From contig JACPGK010000019.1 in NCBI GenBank assembly GCA_016182495.1, forward strand, positions 1 through 63,545: a stretch of 63,545 nt of DNA, given 5' to 3'. Shown here one piece after another: positions 52,371 to 60,496 of this stretch. Under the pieces are notes generated by a model. That model did not search any database. It worked only from the letters and a program-made list of their open reading frames with translations, and had not been told where the DNA came from. Origin of the DNA: Candidatus Kerfeldbacteria bacterium (GTDB lineage: Bacteria; Patescibacteriota; Patescibacteriia; UBA9570). Numbering within the stretch: position 1 is the first letter of the stretch; each line of letters starts with the position of its first letter. Both the position numbers and the translations under genes were made by a program.

Positions 52371-55352
52371 ATGCCTCGTAGTCCGGATATTGTTGGTTTT
52401 GGTCGCGGAAGAAGTGTGGATCAACGCGGACGACTACGTCAAGAAATTGATGAGTCTGGGCATGAGAAATTGGAAGATGATCAAGAGCATGGAGAAAAAG
52501 AAATCTTGTTTGCGCGTGGCTTAGAATTATTCGGCCGAGGTTTAGATAGAGATGATTTTCAGACGGGAGATAATTTTGCGTCGGCCTATAATCATATTAT
52601 CGAGGTGCTAGACCCCAAATTATTGGCTGAGCTTGATTTTTGGGAACGCATTTTTGCTCAATATGAAAAATGTATTAGCGCGGTAGGAGTCTTTGCAGCA
52701 TTGCCTCACCATATTCAGGATAATCCAGATATTCAAGCATACTTTTTTTCTAGGCCACATTTTAACACTCCTTATCTGCCACGCACGGTTATGGAGAGAG
52801 TAGATGCGGACTTAGTGGTACCGAAATGGTTAGAGCTGGGAGTTAGTGAGCATACTTTTTCTCAAGCACCCTGGAAACATTTTGATCAAGATCAAAAACG
52901 TCAATACGTTACAACAGCACTCGAAGCCAGTATTCCTATACGAGTGCTCGATGGCACACGCCGTGAATTTATTGATGCCATACCGAAAGATGAATGGAAC
53001 GGCATTGCACGAGAACGTTACCAAGCCGATCCAGATGCGATAGCTGTGTTGGTTAAAGACGATTTTGATCGCGCTACCGAACTTTTTTCAATGGAAGATT
53101 TAAGAACTTCTTTAGAGCGCCCGGTTGAACGATGGGGAGCTGTTGGCATCGCTGCACCGCCACAATTTGCAGGATTGTCCCTACCCTTACTGCGTCGTCT
53201 TGGTTTTGAGGAAGACAAAATAGATACCTGGAAGAGCATAGTCGCACAACCAAATAGCAACCTTGATAGTGGTTTTCATGATTTTGAAAAGATGACATCA
53301 GCCGACCGTGATTGGATTCTAGGACAGTTAGAAACCCGCGCTCAAGTACTGGATGCGGGCTATCAAGCATTTGTCGGCGAGACATTACCAAAATTATTAC
53401 GTAAATTAGCGCCAGCGGCCGTAGAGAAAACGCTTGAGACCCTGCAGCCTCTTTTACGTGAGTGGAATTTACCGACTAGAGATGTTGCAGATGGTATTTT
53501 GAAGCCTACCATAGAGAGTCAAGGAGCGTCGGCTTTTCGCACCTATGAGATACTCGCAGAAAGAGTAGATTGTTTTGATGCTGGAGATATTACTTTGCTG
53601 AATCTATTATGTCCAAACAAAGAGTCAGCCAAGGTTTTAAGAAACCTCATGTCAAAAACTGGAGCTCGTTTTCAAGATTTCATGGCTTTTTATTTGGATA
53701 CTCGGTTTGGTAGAGACCGCGCCGGTGTATTAAAAGGCGCGGGCGTCCCTTTGTCAGATGAAAAGAATATCGTCATTTATATTGACTCACGTTTACCCTG
53801 GACACCCCCATATTTTAGAGAGTTTGAAACTCGTATTGCGTCTGGCAAGAATTCCAGGGTGGTTGCCGAGGAGTTAGGTCGAGAAGTTCAGACACAGATT
53901 CAGCAAATTCAAGCTGGCAAGTGGCCAGAAGACGGATTAGATGACAATAAACTAGGATTGCTATCACACGTTTTTCCTCCAGCACTCGGGGTATCGCGTA
54001 ATGAATATGCCCGTCTGGTTAGGCGCCGCGAAGATAGGCAAGATGATATTCCAGTAGAGTGGGACGCGTTGCAAGGTAAAATAATCTCGTTTCCAGTTGG
54101 CAAGTGGGAATTACAAGCTGACGCACAATTTGAAACGGCACCATGGAGTCGACTAAGTGAAGTAGTAGCAGATGTAAATGGCAGAAAAATTATTCCTGAG
54201 GATAGAGAAACGCAGCAAACCAATGAACTTGTACTCGGTCCTAATCGCATTATTGAGATCGGTCGTGAATTTGCGCGAATACTCACTGATAATAGCGCTA
54301 GCGCCACAAAGAATGCTTTACGCAACGGCTATGCTGTCTTTTTATTGAGGGGGGGGTCCAAGCTGCCTGAGTTTGTATCTGGCCGTGAGGAGGCTGTCCG
54401 CGTATTTGAATGGTCCAAAGATGCACTGCGGGATACCGTGGACCACGCCTTGCGCATGTATCGCGAAGCCAATGCAGCCTCATTTGATGATGATATAGCC
54501 CAGGCAACCAAGCGAGAAGTACCGCCTCGGGCTAAACGTGGCATTGTGAAGGGAATTTTGGGTATTCTAAAACACGAGACTATGGCCAGAGAGGAGAAAT
54601 CACAACGTATCAGGACGATCCTGGCTACTGCTGGCGTAGCGCTTGAGGGTGATATTGTGGGACAGCTACAACCAACTGGTGATCAGTCAGTATTGACGGA
54701 AGAAGGGATTACATTATCGTTAGATCAGTTATTGGCCGGAGCACAGACTAAAACTGCCGAAGCTGGAAAGTTATCTTCTATTATCGTGCAAAAATTACTT
54801 GGCGCAGAGGCTGAGACAATGGAAAAAGAACTTGACAAATGGACCTTTGTGGAAGGAGCTGAAGGAGGAGAGCAACGCACTATCCGATTTGAAATTACAA
54901 AACGTAAACTCCATGCAGTTGCTGGATTAAATAGTGGGGTCTGTGTGGCAGTTGACGACCAGTTATGGAATAAACCTGACTTTGCAAACGTGGTCATGTT
55001 TGCAGATGATGATATTGCCCATGGTGGTATGCATTTTGAGATTGTTCAAGATGGTGGCAAAAAGTATCTTTCTTTACCAGGAATAAACCCAAGTCTCACC
55101 TTATTACGCGAAGTTGACCCGCAACGTGTAATTCAAATGATGTTGGAGTATGCCAAAGCTTGTGCGAAAGCGATTGGTGCAATTGGAGTGCTGATTCCAA
55201 CCAATACAATTATTCTCTCCAACCGTGAAGAACTTCACCCGATTGTAAAAGAATTAAAATTACCGACGCATTCACTAACCCAGCCACATCAGTTTTCGTA
55301 TTCACCGTTTGCCTATTCCTGGCAAGATGGATATTTCGTGAAGGCAGCCTAG
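52371..55352 (+). CDS. 993-aa orphan protein, no recognisable domain
   Basis: Single long ORF. G+C is visibly higher than the neighbours. Its last ~47 codons lie inside the right IR arm. Confidence 0.8.
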   Translation: MPRSPDIVGFGRGRSVDQRGRLRQEIDESGHEKLEDDQEHGEKEILFARGLELFGRGLDRDDFQTGDNFASAYNHIIEVLDPKLLAELDFWERIFAQYEKCISAVGVFAALPHHIQDNPDIQAYFFSRPHFNTPYLPRTVMERVDADLVVPKWLELGVSEHTFSQAPWKHFDQDQKRQYVTTALEASIPIRVLDGTRREFIDAIPKDEWNGIARERYQADPDAIAVLVKDDFDRATELFSMEDLRTSLERPVERWGAVGIAAPPQFAGLSLPLLRRLGFEEDKIDTWKSIVAQPNSNLDSGFHDFEKMTSADRDWILGQLETRAQVLDAGYQAFVGETLPKLLRKLAPAAVEKTLETLQPLLREWNLPTRDVADGILKPTIESQGASAFRTYEILAERVDCFDAGDITLLNLLCPNKESAKVLRNLMSKTGARFQDFMAFYLDTRFGRDRAGVLKGAGVPLSDEKNIVIYIDSRLPWTPPYFREFETRIASGKNSRVVAEELGREVQTQIQQIQAGKWPEDGLDDNKLGLLSHVFPPALGVSRNEYARLVRRREDRQDDIPVEWDALQGKIISFPVGKWELQADAQFETAPWSRLSEVVADVNGRKIIPEDRETQQTNELVLGPNRIIEIGREFARILTDNSASATKNALRNGYAVFLLRGGSKLPEFVSGREEAVRVFEWSKDALRDTVDHALRMYREANAASFDDDIAQATKREVPPRAKRGIVKGILGILKHETMAREEKSQRIRTILATAGVALEGDIVGQLQPTGDQSVLTEEGITLSLDQLLAGAQTKTAEAGKLSSIIVQKLLGAEAETMEKELDKWTFVEGAEGGEQRTIRFEITKRKLHAVAGLNSGVCVAVDDQLWNKPDFANVVMFADDDIAHGGMHFEIVQDGGKKYLSLPGINPSLTLLREVDPQRVIQMMLEYAKACAKAIGAIGVLIPTNTIILSNREELHPIVKELKLPTHSLTQPHQFSYSPFAYSWQDGYFVKAA

Positions 55353-55465
55353 CGCATTCTAGCGCGGCGGAATTCCTCCCCCTAACCCCCCTCCTTCCGC
55401 CGCGCTATTCCGCTGTGTTTGAATTTTGGATATAATATATTCGAATTTCGTCCGCTAAGGACTGC
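55212..55465. repeat. right arm of ~250-bp imperfect inverted repeat
   Basis: See 52045-52291. It ends with tcgaatttcgtccgctaaggactgc, the reverse complement of the left-arm outer terminus apart from 2 mismatches. Confidence 0.85.
55362..55405. other. 11-bp-stem hairpin (gcgcggcggaa ... ttccgccgcgc) 10 nt after the ORF993 stop; possible terminator or recombination structure
   Basis: Perfect stem, C-rich 22-nt loop, no downstream T-tract. Confidence 0.5.
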
Positions 55466-55614
55466 ATAGAAGTACATTGTGAAAATTGGTGACCTCCCGC
55501 GCCGCAGCCGCACGCGCGTTTGGCCAATAGCTCCCAGGCATTTTGCCAAACGAGCCCCACCTTCCGCTCGCGCAAAAGGAGGTTCGGCGCCGGAACGGCG
55601 CAAACAAACCTCAA
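55405..55614 (-). pseudogene. inverted 3'-terminal remnant of a serine recombinase gene
   Basis: The minus-strand frame reads ..NLLLRERKVGLVWQNAWELLAKRACGCGAGGH.., versus ..NLLLRERKVGLAWQNAWELLAKRACGCGARGH.. at the end of the intact gene. There is no upstream catalytic region. Confidence 0.65.
55498..55586. repeat. GC-rich 89-bp inverted repeat, left copy
   Basis: Its reverse complement equals 57006-57094 except for 2 adjacent substitutions (tt vs cc). Confidence 0.9.
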
Positions 55615-55663
55615 TATTTCAAAAAGTGTTTAAGCCAATCTTTTTAAACCCAAAAGCGATATT

Positions 55664-57220
55664 ATGAAATATTTCATCTACGCTAGAAAATCCACAGACG
55701 AGGCCAACCGGCAATTACTGTCTATTGAGGCACAAATTGCTGAACTACAAGAATTGGCAACTAAAGAAAGGTTACAAGTAATAGAAATTCTTACTGAATC
55801 CCGAACAGCCAAAGAACCCGGTCGGCCGATCTTTAACGATCTCTTGCGGCGTATTGAAAACGGTGAAGCTGCCGGAATACTGTCGTGGCATCCTGATAGA
55901 CTGGCGCGTAATTCTGTTGACGGCGGGAAGATTATTTATTTGGTGGATACCGGCAAGCTTCAAGCACTTAAATTTTCGACATTCTGGTTTGAGAATACGC
56001 CGCAAGGCAAGTTTATGTTAAATATCGCTTTTGGGCAGTCAAAGTATTACGTTGATAATCTTTCAGAAAACGTGAAGCGAGGTTTGCGTCAGAAAGTGCG
56101 CCGTGGAATATTGCCCGGTCGTGCGCCGCTTGGGTACCTAAATGACAAAGCCAATCATACTGTTATTCCGGATCAGCAAAAATTCAAACTTGTGCAAAAA
56201 CTTTTTGAACTGTACGCAACTGGCGACTATTCACTGCAAGCTGTTAGTCATGCTATTGCCGAGTTAGGTCTAGTTAGCCCAAGCGGCAAACCGCTGGCTA
56301 TTTCCAACACCCAGACTATTTTGCAAAATCCATTTTATTACGGCGCACTAAGGTTCAACAGCGAATTGTACGAAGGCAAACACGAGCCAGCGATTACCAA
56401 GCAAATGTATGACCAAGTGCAAGCGGTCATGCAACAAAAGGCTAAACCAATGAAGAAGCATTCGTACTTTGCTTTTCGAGGATTATTATTGTGCGGTGAG
56501 TGCGGGGGAAGCATTACATCTGAACGCCAAAAAAGACACGCCTATTATCGCTGCACAAAGAAACTGGGTAAATGTATGCAACCGTATATTCGCGAGGAAC
56601 TTTTGGCTGACCAGCTCAAAGCTTTTGTGCAGCAAGTGTCGATAGATGACCAACTGGCTAGTAAAATGTCCGCCTACCTCAAAGAACAGGCAAATAAAGA
56701 TAACTCCTCCGCACTCACCGTTACCGAAAAACTCGAAAAGCAAATAACTGAAAGTAAAACCAAGCTTGACCGCTTGCTAGACGCTCATCTGGAAGGCGCG
56801 ATTGATAAAGAAACGTATACTACCAAAAAGAATCAACTGTTGAATCAAAAGATTGAGTGTGAACAAAAATTACAAACTTTCAAGCAAACATGTAATCGCT
56901 GGCTCGAACTTTCGTTGCAATTAATTTCTGACGCAAACCTAGCCAAAAAAATACCTTTGACTGGAAATTTCGAAGAACTTCGTAATTTCATTAAAAAGAT
57001 TGGCTCGAACCTCCTTTTGCGCGAGCGGAAGGTGGGGCTCGCCTGGCAAAATGCCTGGGAGCTATTGGCCAAACGCGCGTGCGGCTGCGGCGCGCGCGGG
57101 CACGAATTGGACACTTGTCTTGGATGGCAGTCGTGGCGTGACGTTATTAGAACTATAGTAGATAACTACTTAGAATTCAAGTTTGCTGCAAGCTATATTC
57201 AGACTTACTTTACTTCGTAG
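55664..57220 (+). CDS. large serine recombinase (resolvase catalytic domain + recombinase domain + zinc ribbon + coiled coil)
   Basis: 518 aa. The N-terminus MKYFIYARKSTDEANRQLLSIEAQ.. carries the catalytic Ser. Also ..SWHPDRLARN.., the zinc ribbon LLCGECGGSITSERQKRHAYYRCTK, and a long C-terminal coiled coil. Confidence 0.92.
   Translation: MKYFIYARKSTDEANRQLLSIEAQIAELQELATKERLQVIEILTESRTAKEPGRPIFNDLLRRIENGEAAGILSWHPDRLARNSVDGGKIIYLVDTGKLQALKFSTFWFENTPQGKFMLNIAFGQSKYYVDNLSENVKRGLRQKVRRGILPGRAPLGYLNDKANHTVIPDQQKFKLVQKLFELYATGDYSLQAVSHAIAELGLVSPSGKPLAISNTQTILQNPFYYGALRFNSELYEGKHEPAITKQMYDQVQAVMQQKAKPMKKHSYFAFRGLLLCGECGGSITSERQKRHAYYRCTKKLGKCMQPYIREELLADQLKAFVQQVSIDDQLASKMSAYLKEQANKDNSSALTVTEKLEKQITESKTKLDRLLDAHLEGAIDKETYTTKKNQLLNQKIECEQKLQTFKQTCNRWLELSLQLISDANLAKKIPLTGNFEELRNFIKKIGSNLLLRERKVGLAWQNAWELLAKRACGCGARGHELDTCLGWQSWRDVIRTIVDNYLEFKFAASYIQTYFTS
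57006..57094. repeat. GC-rich 89-bp inverted repeat, right copy (inside the 3' end of the recombinase gene)
   Basis: See 55498-55586. Confidence 0.9.
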
Positions 57221-57891
57221 ACAGCATACAGATTTTCAGCATCTGTATCAGTTACTATTTTATAGTTTTTTTGATCAATGGTTACTTCAACAATAAACTG
57301 TCTGTTTTGTGAATCTTCTTTAGCGTATGCAAAATTAATACGAGGAAATATTTTGAAACCGTCATTCTCTTTTGCCAAATTTATAGCCTTTCTTACGCGA
57401 TCCTTTTTATTTTCTTCCCATTTTTTACGATCCGAGAAATCAATAGTATATGTTGTAATAATAAATATTGTTAAAACAAAGGCTAGAATATAGAAAACAG
57501 CCTGAATAAAACCAAGATTATCAGAAGTGCTATTATTACTGTTTGATCCTATCCAAATAAATCCTAGTGCCGCTGCAAATACGAATATAACCATTATATT
57601 TGCAATTGTTCTCAAGGGTATCATTTTTTTTATTCTGTGAATTTCACCATCACTATATTTTCTTTTTTTAAACGTAGGGATCATTACACTGTGGTAACTG
57701 ATGCTGATAAATATAGCAAAAACACTTAATAAAAATGTCGTTACCGTTGTAAAGAAAATAACGTTTTGGTCAATAAATATTCCACTTATTTGTTCAGGGA
57801 ACCATTTAAACCCGAACTGTAAAAGCGGAACTACCGTAACAATGAATGCGCCGAGGCTTTTTAATACATTGAGGATTGATTCCTTATTCAT
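57205..57891 (-). CDS. 4-TM membrane protein with C-terminal soluble domain (candidate effector of a defence-like operon)
   Basis: 228 aa with four hydrophobic helices, then ..DRKKWEENKKDRVRKAINLAKENDGFKIFPRINFAYAKEDSQNRQFIVEVTIDQ... Its 3' end overlaps the recombinase 3' end by 16 nt (convergent). Confidence 0.7.
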   Translation of the reverse strand: MNKESILNVLKSLGAFIVTVVPLLQFGFKWFPEQISGIFIDQNVIFFTTVTTFLLSVFAIFISISYHSVMIPTFKKRKYSDGEIHRIKKMIPLRTIANIMVIFVFAAALGFIWIGSNSNNSTSDNLGFIQAVFYILAFVLTIFIITTYTIDFSDRKKWEENKKDRVRKAINLAKENDGFKIFPRINFAYAKEDSQNRQFIVEVTIDQKNYKIVTDTDAENLYAVYEVK

Positions 57892-57922
57892 ATTGGTATT
57901 TTATAGAATAGGTATAAGAAAA

Positions 57923-58855
57923 TTATTTTATTCTAGCCTTAATGACATCCATAACGATCTCTTTTAATTCCGCAGCATTATTATAGCTGTAGCATTGGTA
58001 GTGCTTAGTATAAAAATCTAGAGGAGATTTATCTGCATTTACTTCTTTATTGTAAACATAAATCGTATCTATACCAAGTGCTTGTGCAAAACCAGCTTCA
58101 TAGAATACACTTGCCCTTCCATTCGTTAAGTCAACAACCACAAATCTGCTATTTCGTATTTCACCTAAAGCTTTATCAATAATTTTTTCAGAAAAATGGT
58201 CACCCCATAAGCATGTTGGAATATAATCGGATTCTTGGATAGCATTTTTTATTGCATTTATTGAAGAATCCATTACGTCATCAAACCATGCAGCAATGAA
58301 AGCATTATTGCTAGCTTTAGAGTTATGCTGGTTTAAATTCCAGGCCGAAGCTGTTAAGCTAATAGAATAAGGCGTGTCGTCAAGTGTAAGTACGCTGCCT
58401 ATATTTATTAGGCCGCTCTCTTTTAAAAAAAATATTAAAGCCCTAAATTCTTCGCTATTATGAGCATAGGCTAGTGAATAGTCGTGATTGAATGATGGTT
58501 TTAAAGTCTTACCAAAATATGTAGATTTTTCTTTTAACCTTATCAAAAGTTTATTTGCTTTTGCTTCAATATTTGATAAATCAGGCACTAAGTAATGTTT
58601 TAAATAATCATCAATATTCTCAGTAACAAACCTTGGAGGCTTTTCACCCAGTTCTTTTAGTTCACGTGCCACACCAGACAAAATATAGCCTACACTATCA
58701 ATTTTGTTTAAAGTATCCTTATCTGCCGTGCAGTTACCTGATATTTCAAAATCTCCACAACATGGGCAGATTACATAGTAACCATACCATTTTGTTTCAG
58801 ATCGGATTTCTATTTTCTCGTTTTTACACAGAGGGCATTGATTTATTGTATCCAT
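57923..58855 (-). CDS. Zn-ribbon + central (wHTH-like) + C-terminal nucleoside 2-deoxyribosyltransferase/TIR-like Rossmann domain protein
   Basis: 310 aa. N-terminus: CPLCKNEKIE...ICPCCGDFEIS. C-terminus: NAFIAAWFDD....I..AI.......C........KIIDKALGEIRNSRFVVVDLTNGRASVFYEAGFAQALGIDTIYVY, which follows the FIA.-F ... D-x-T ... V-x-Y-E-x-G-x-A pattern of the NDT-like/TIR-like flavodoxin-fold family. Confidence 0.7.
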   Translation of the reverse strand: MDTINQCPLCKNEKIEIRSETKWYGYYVICPCCGDFEISGNCTADKDTLNKIDSVGYILSGVARELKELGEKPPRFVTENIDDYLKHYLVPDLSNIEAKANKLLIRLKEKSTYFGKTLKPSFNHDYSLAYAHNSEEFRALIFFLKESGLINIGSVLTLDDTPYSISLTASAWNLNQHNSKASNNAFIAAWFDDVMDSSINAIKNAIQESDYIPTCLWGDHFSEKIIDKALGEIRNSRFVVVDLTNGRASVFYEAGFAQALGIDTIYVYNKEVNADKSPLDFYTKHYQCYSYNNAAELKEIVMDVIKARIK

Positions 58856-58872
58856 AGCATCGTTGATATATT

Positions 58873-59439
58873 TTAATCAGATTCAACACCAAGAAGTTTT
58901 CTAAATTCATTTTCAAGTTTTTCTTTTGCTTTTGGTACATCGCTACTTATCTTATTCCATGCTTGATCCCAAAAATCTAATACCTCGTTACTACTTTTGT
59001 CTGGTTCATGATCTTTGCGTTTAAAAAGTTTGAATGACTCCTTGAGTGAAAGCGTGATAGTGTCTAATAGAACGCACAGTTCTTTTTGAAAGAAAATTTT
59101 ATTTTGATCGTAATACTCAATAAAATCGTTAGCCTCTTCAACTGCTTTATTCATTTTATCTTCAATCTTTTGTCCATCAAATTGAACGGGGCTAATCAAA
59201 GACTGCATAGATGTTATGGATTTTGATAGTTTACCATACAAATTTTTGATTACTTCGGCTCGTTCTGAATGTAGCCTATCAAATTTTATTTTATGCTCTT
59301 CAGCCAATTTTAATACCTCAAGTTTATATTTTTCAAAATCCTTGTTAAGCCAGTGTTTAATAATAGACCTAATTAAAAACGCTAGTATACCTGAGCCTAT
59401 GAAAAAATATAAAATATTTTTGATTACTTCTAAAGTCAT
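58873..59439 (-). CDS. N-terminally TM-anchored coiled-coil protein (hypothetical)
   Basis: 188 aa with one TM helix (ILYFFIGSGILAFLIRSII), then a helical, charged sequence. Its start overlaps the upstream stop (ATGA). Confidence 0.65.
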   Translation of the reverse strand: MTLEVIKNILYFFIGSGILAFLIRSIIKHWLNKDFEKYKLEVLKLAEEHKIKFDRLHSERAEVIKNLYGKLSKSITSMQSLISPVQFDGQKIEDKMNKAVEEANDFIEYYDQNKIFFQKELCVLLDTITLSLKESFKLFKRKDHEPDKSSNEVLDFWDQAWNKISSDVPKAKEKLENEFRKLLGVESD

Positions 59440-60413
59440 ATATTTGTTGTAATACGCTTGATACCATCTGGGAATAAAGATACGAGAGAACTGACTTTTA
59501 TGCCTCCTTTTTTTCTTTGCATTTCGTCAGCTGATATTTTCCAATCAACTATGTTGCCCTCAGGCTTGCCCAGCAAATCTATATTGATTTTAATTTTAAT
59601 GTCAGTAATTTTTTGCCTTGTCTCAGGGTGTATAACACCTAGATCATTTGTGTATTGTCTGGCTTGAAGAAAGGCATACAAATCATCAATGTTGTCTAAT
59701 CGTTGTTCTTGCGCTATTTCAATCAAGTTTTTTGGTGGAAAGAATATAAGTAGCTGTACATATTTTGCTATTTTTTTACCTCTATTTCGTATAAATAATC
59801 TTAGGTCAATTTCTTCACTCCATCCATTTTCTGAAATTATTAATTCTTTACTCCGATTCAGTGGTTCAACCTCAAGACTTAAAACTGGGGAAAGTCTTTT
59901 TCCGAAAAATAATTCCAATACAAAGTGTTCCATTGGCTTTGATTCTGTTCCTATTCGTCTATAGTATCTAAAATCCTGAAGATTTTGGTGAGGAGCAGAC
60001 TCACTTTTGGGTATATAAAGTATCAAATACTTTTTTGTTCCTGACTCAACGATGTGTTTACTAATACCATTAATATTTGGTTGAATTCCAGAGGCGATTA
60101 CTCTATCAATAGTTTCAATATTTAATGGATCAATTGATTCTAGTTGATTAGGCTTAGTTTTATCACTAGGGTCAGTTGCGATCCCATAGATGATTACACC
60201 ACCTCCTGAGTTGGCCATTGCGCTAATATCCTTCTTGATTTCTTTTTTGTCAGAGTCGGTGAAGTTACGAGAAGCTGTTTTATATTCTAAAATCTCTGAT
60301 TCACGGATGCTACTATCAATAAGACCTTGCAAGGCAGCAATGCCACCACTAGTAACTTGTCTAAACAAATTTTGTACTTGCTCCATAATTTGCTTATTAT
60401 CCCTAAAAATCAC
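59436..60413 (-). CDS. AlbA_2 (Schlafen-like) DNA/RNA-binding domain protein
   Basis: 325 aa: ..SIRESEILEYKTASRNFTDSDKKEIKKDISAMANSGGGVIIYGIATD.....YLILYIPKSESAPHQ....FRYYRRIGTESKPM matches the AlbA_2 pattern E..lEfK...i.k.i.AfaN..GG.l.iGv ... yiR.gs. Confidence 0.75.
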   Translation of the reverse strand: MIFRDNKQIMEQVQNLFRQVTSGGIAALQGLIDSSIRESEILEYKTASRNFTDSDKKEIKKDISAMANSGGGVIIYGIATDPSDKTKPNQLESIDPLNIETIDRVIASGIQPNINGISKHIVESGTKKYLILYIPKSESAPHQNLQDFRYYRRIGTESKPMEHFVLELFFGKRLSPVLSLEVEPLNRSKELIISENGWSEEIDLRLFIRNRGKKIAKYVQLLIFFPPKNLIEIAQEQRLDNIDDLYAFLQARQYTNDLGVIHPETRQKITDIKIKINIDLLGKPEGNIVDWKISADEMQRKKGGIKVSSLVSLFPDGIKRITTNI

Positions 60414-60496
60414 TAAATAGTAAAGGCATAGAAATTGACATCATTAGAGATCAGTAATACAACTAAGCAATAAGATAGATATAAGAAACTAGTAGT

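Noticed and set aside
55382-55667. ORFs 55382-55603(-) and 55479-55667(+) in the GC-rich block upstream of the recombinase.
   Set aside because: These are alternative frames of the inverted recombinase 3' remnant. Only the 55405-55614 minus frame reproduces the recombinase C-terminal peptide, and even that is a pseudogene fragment.
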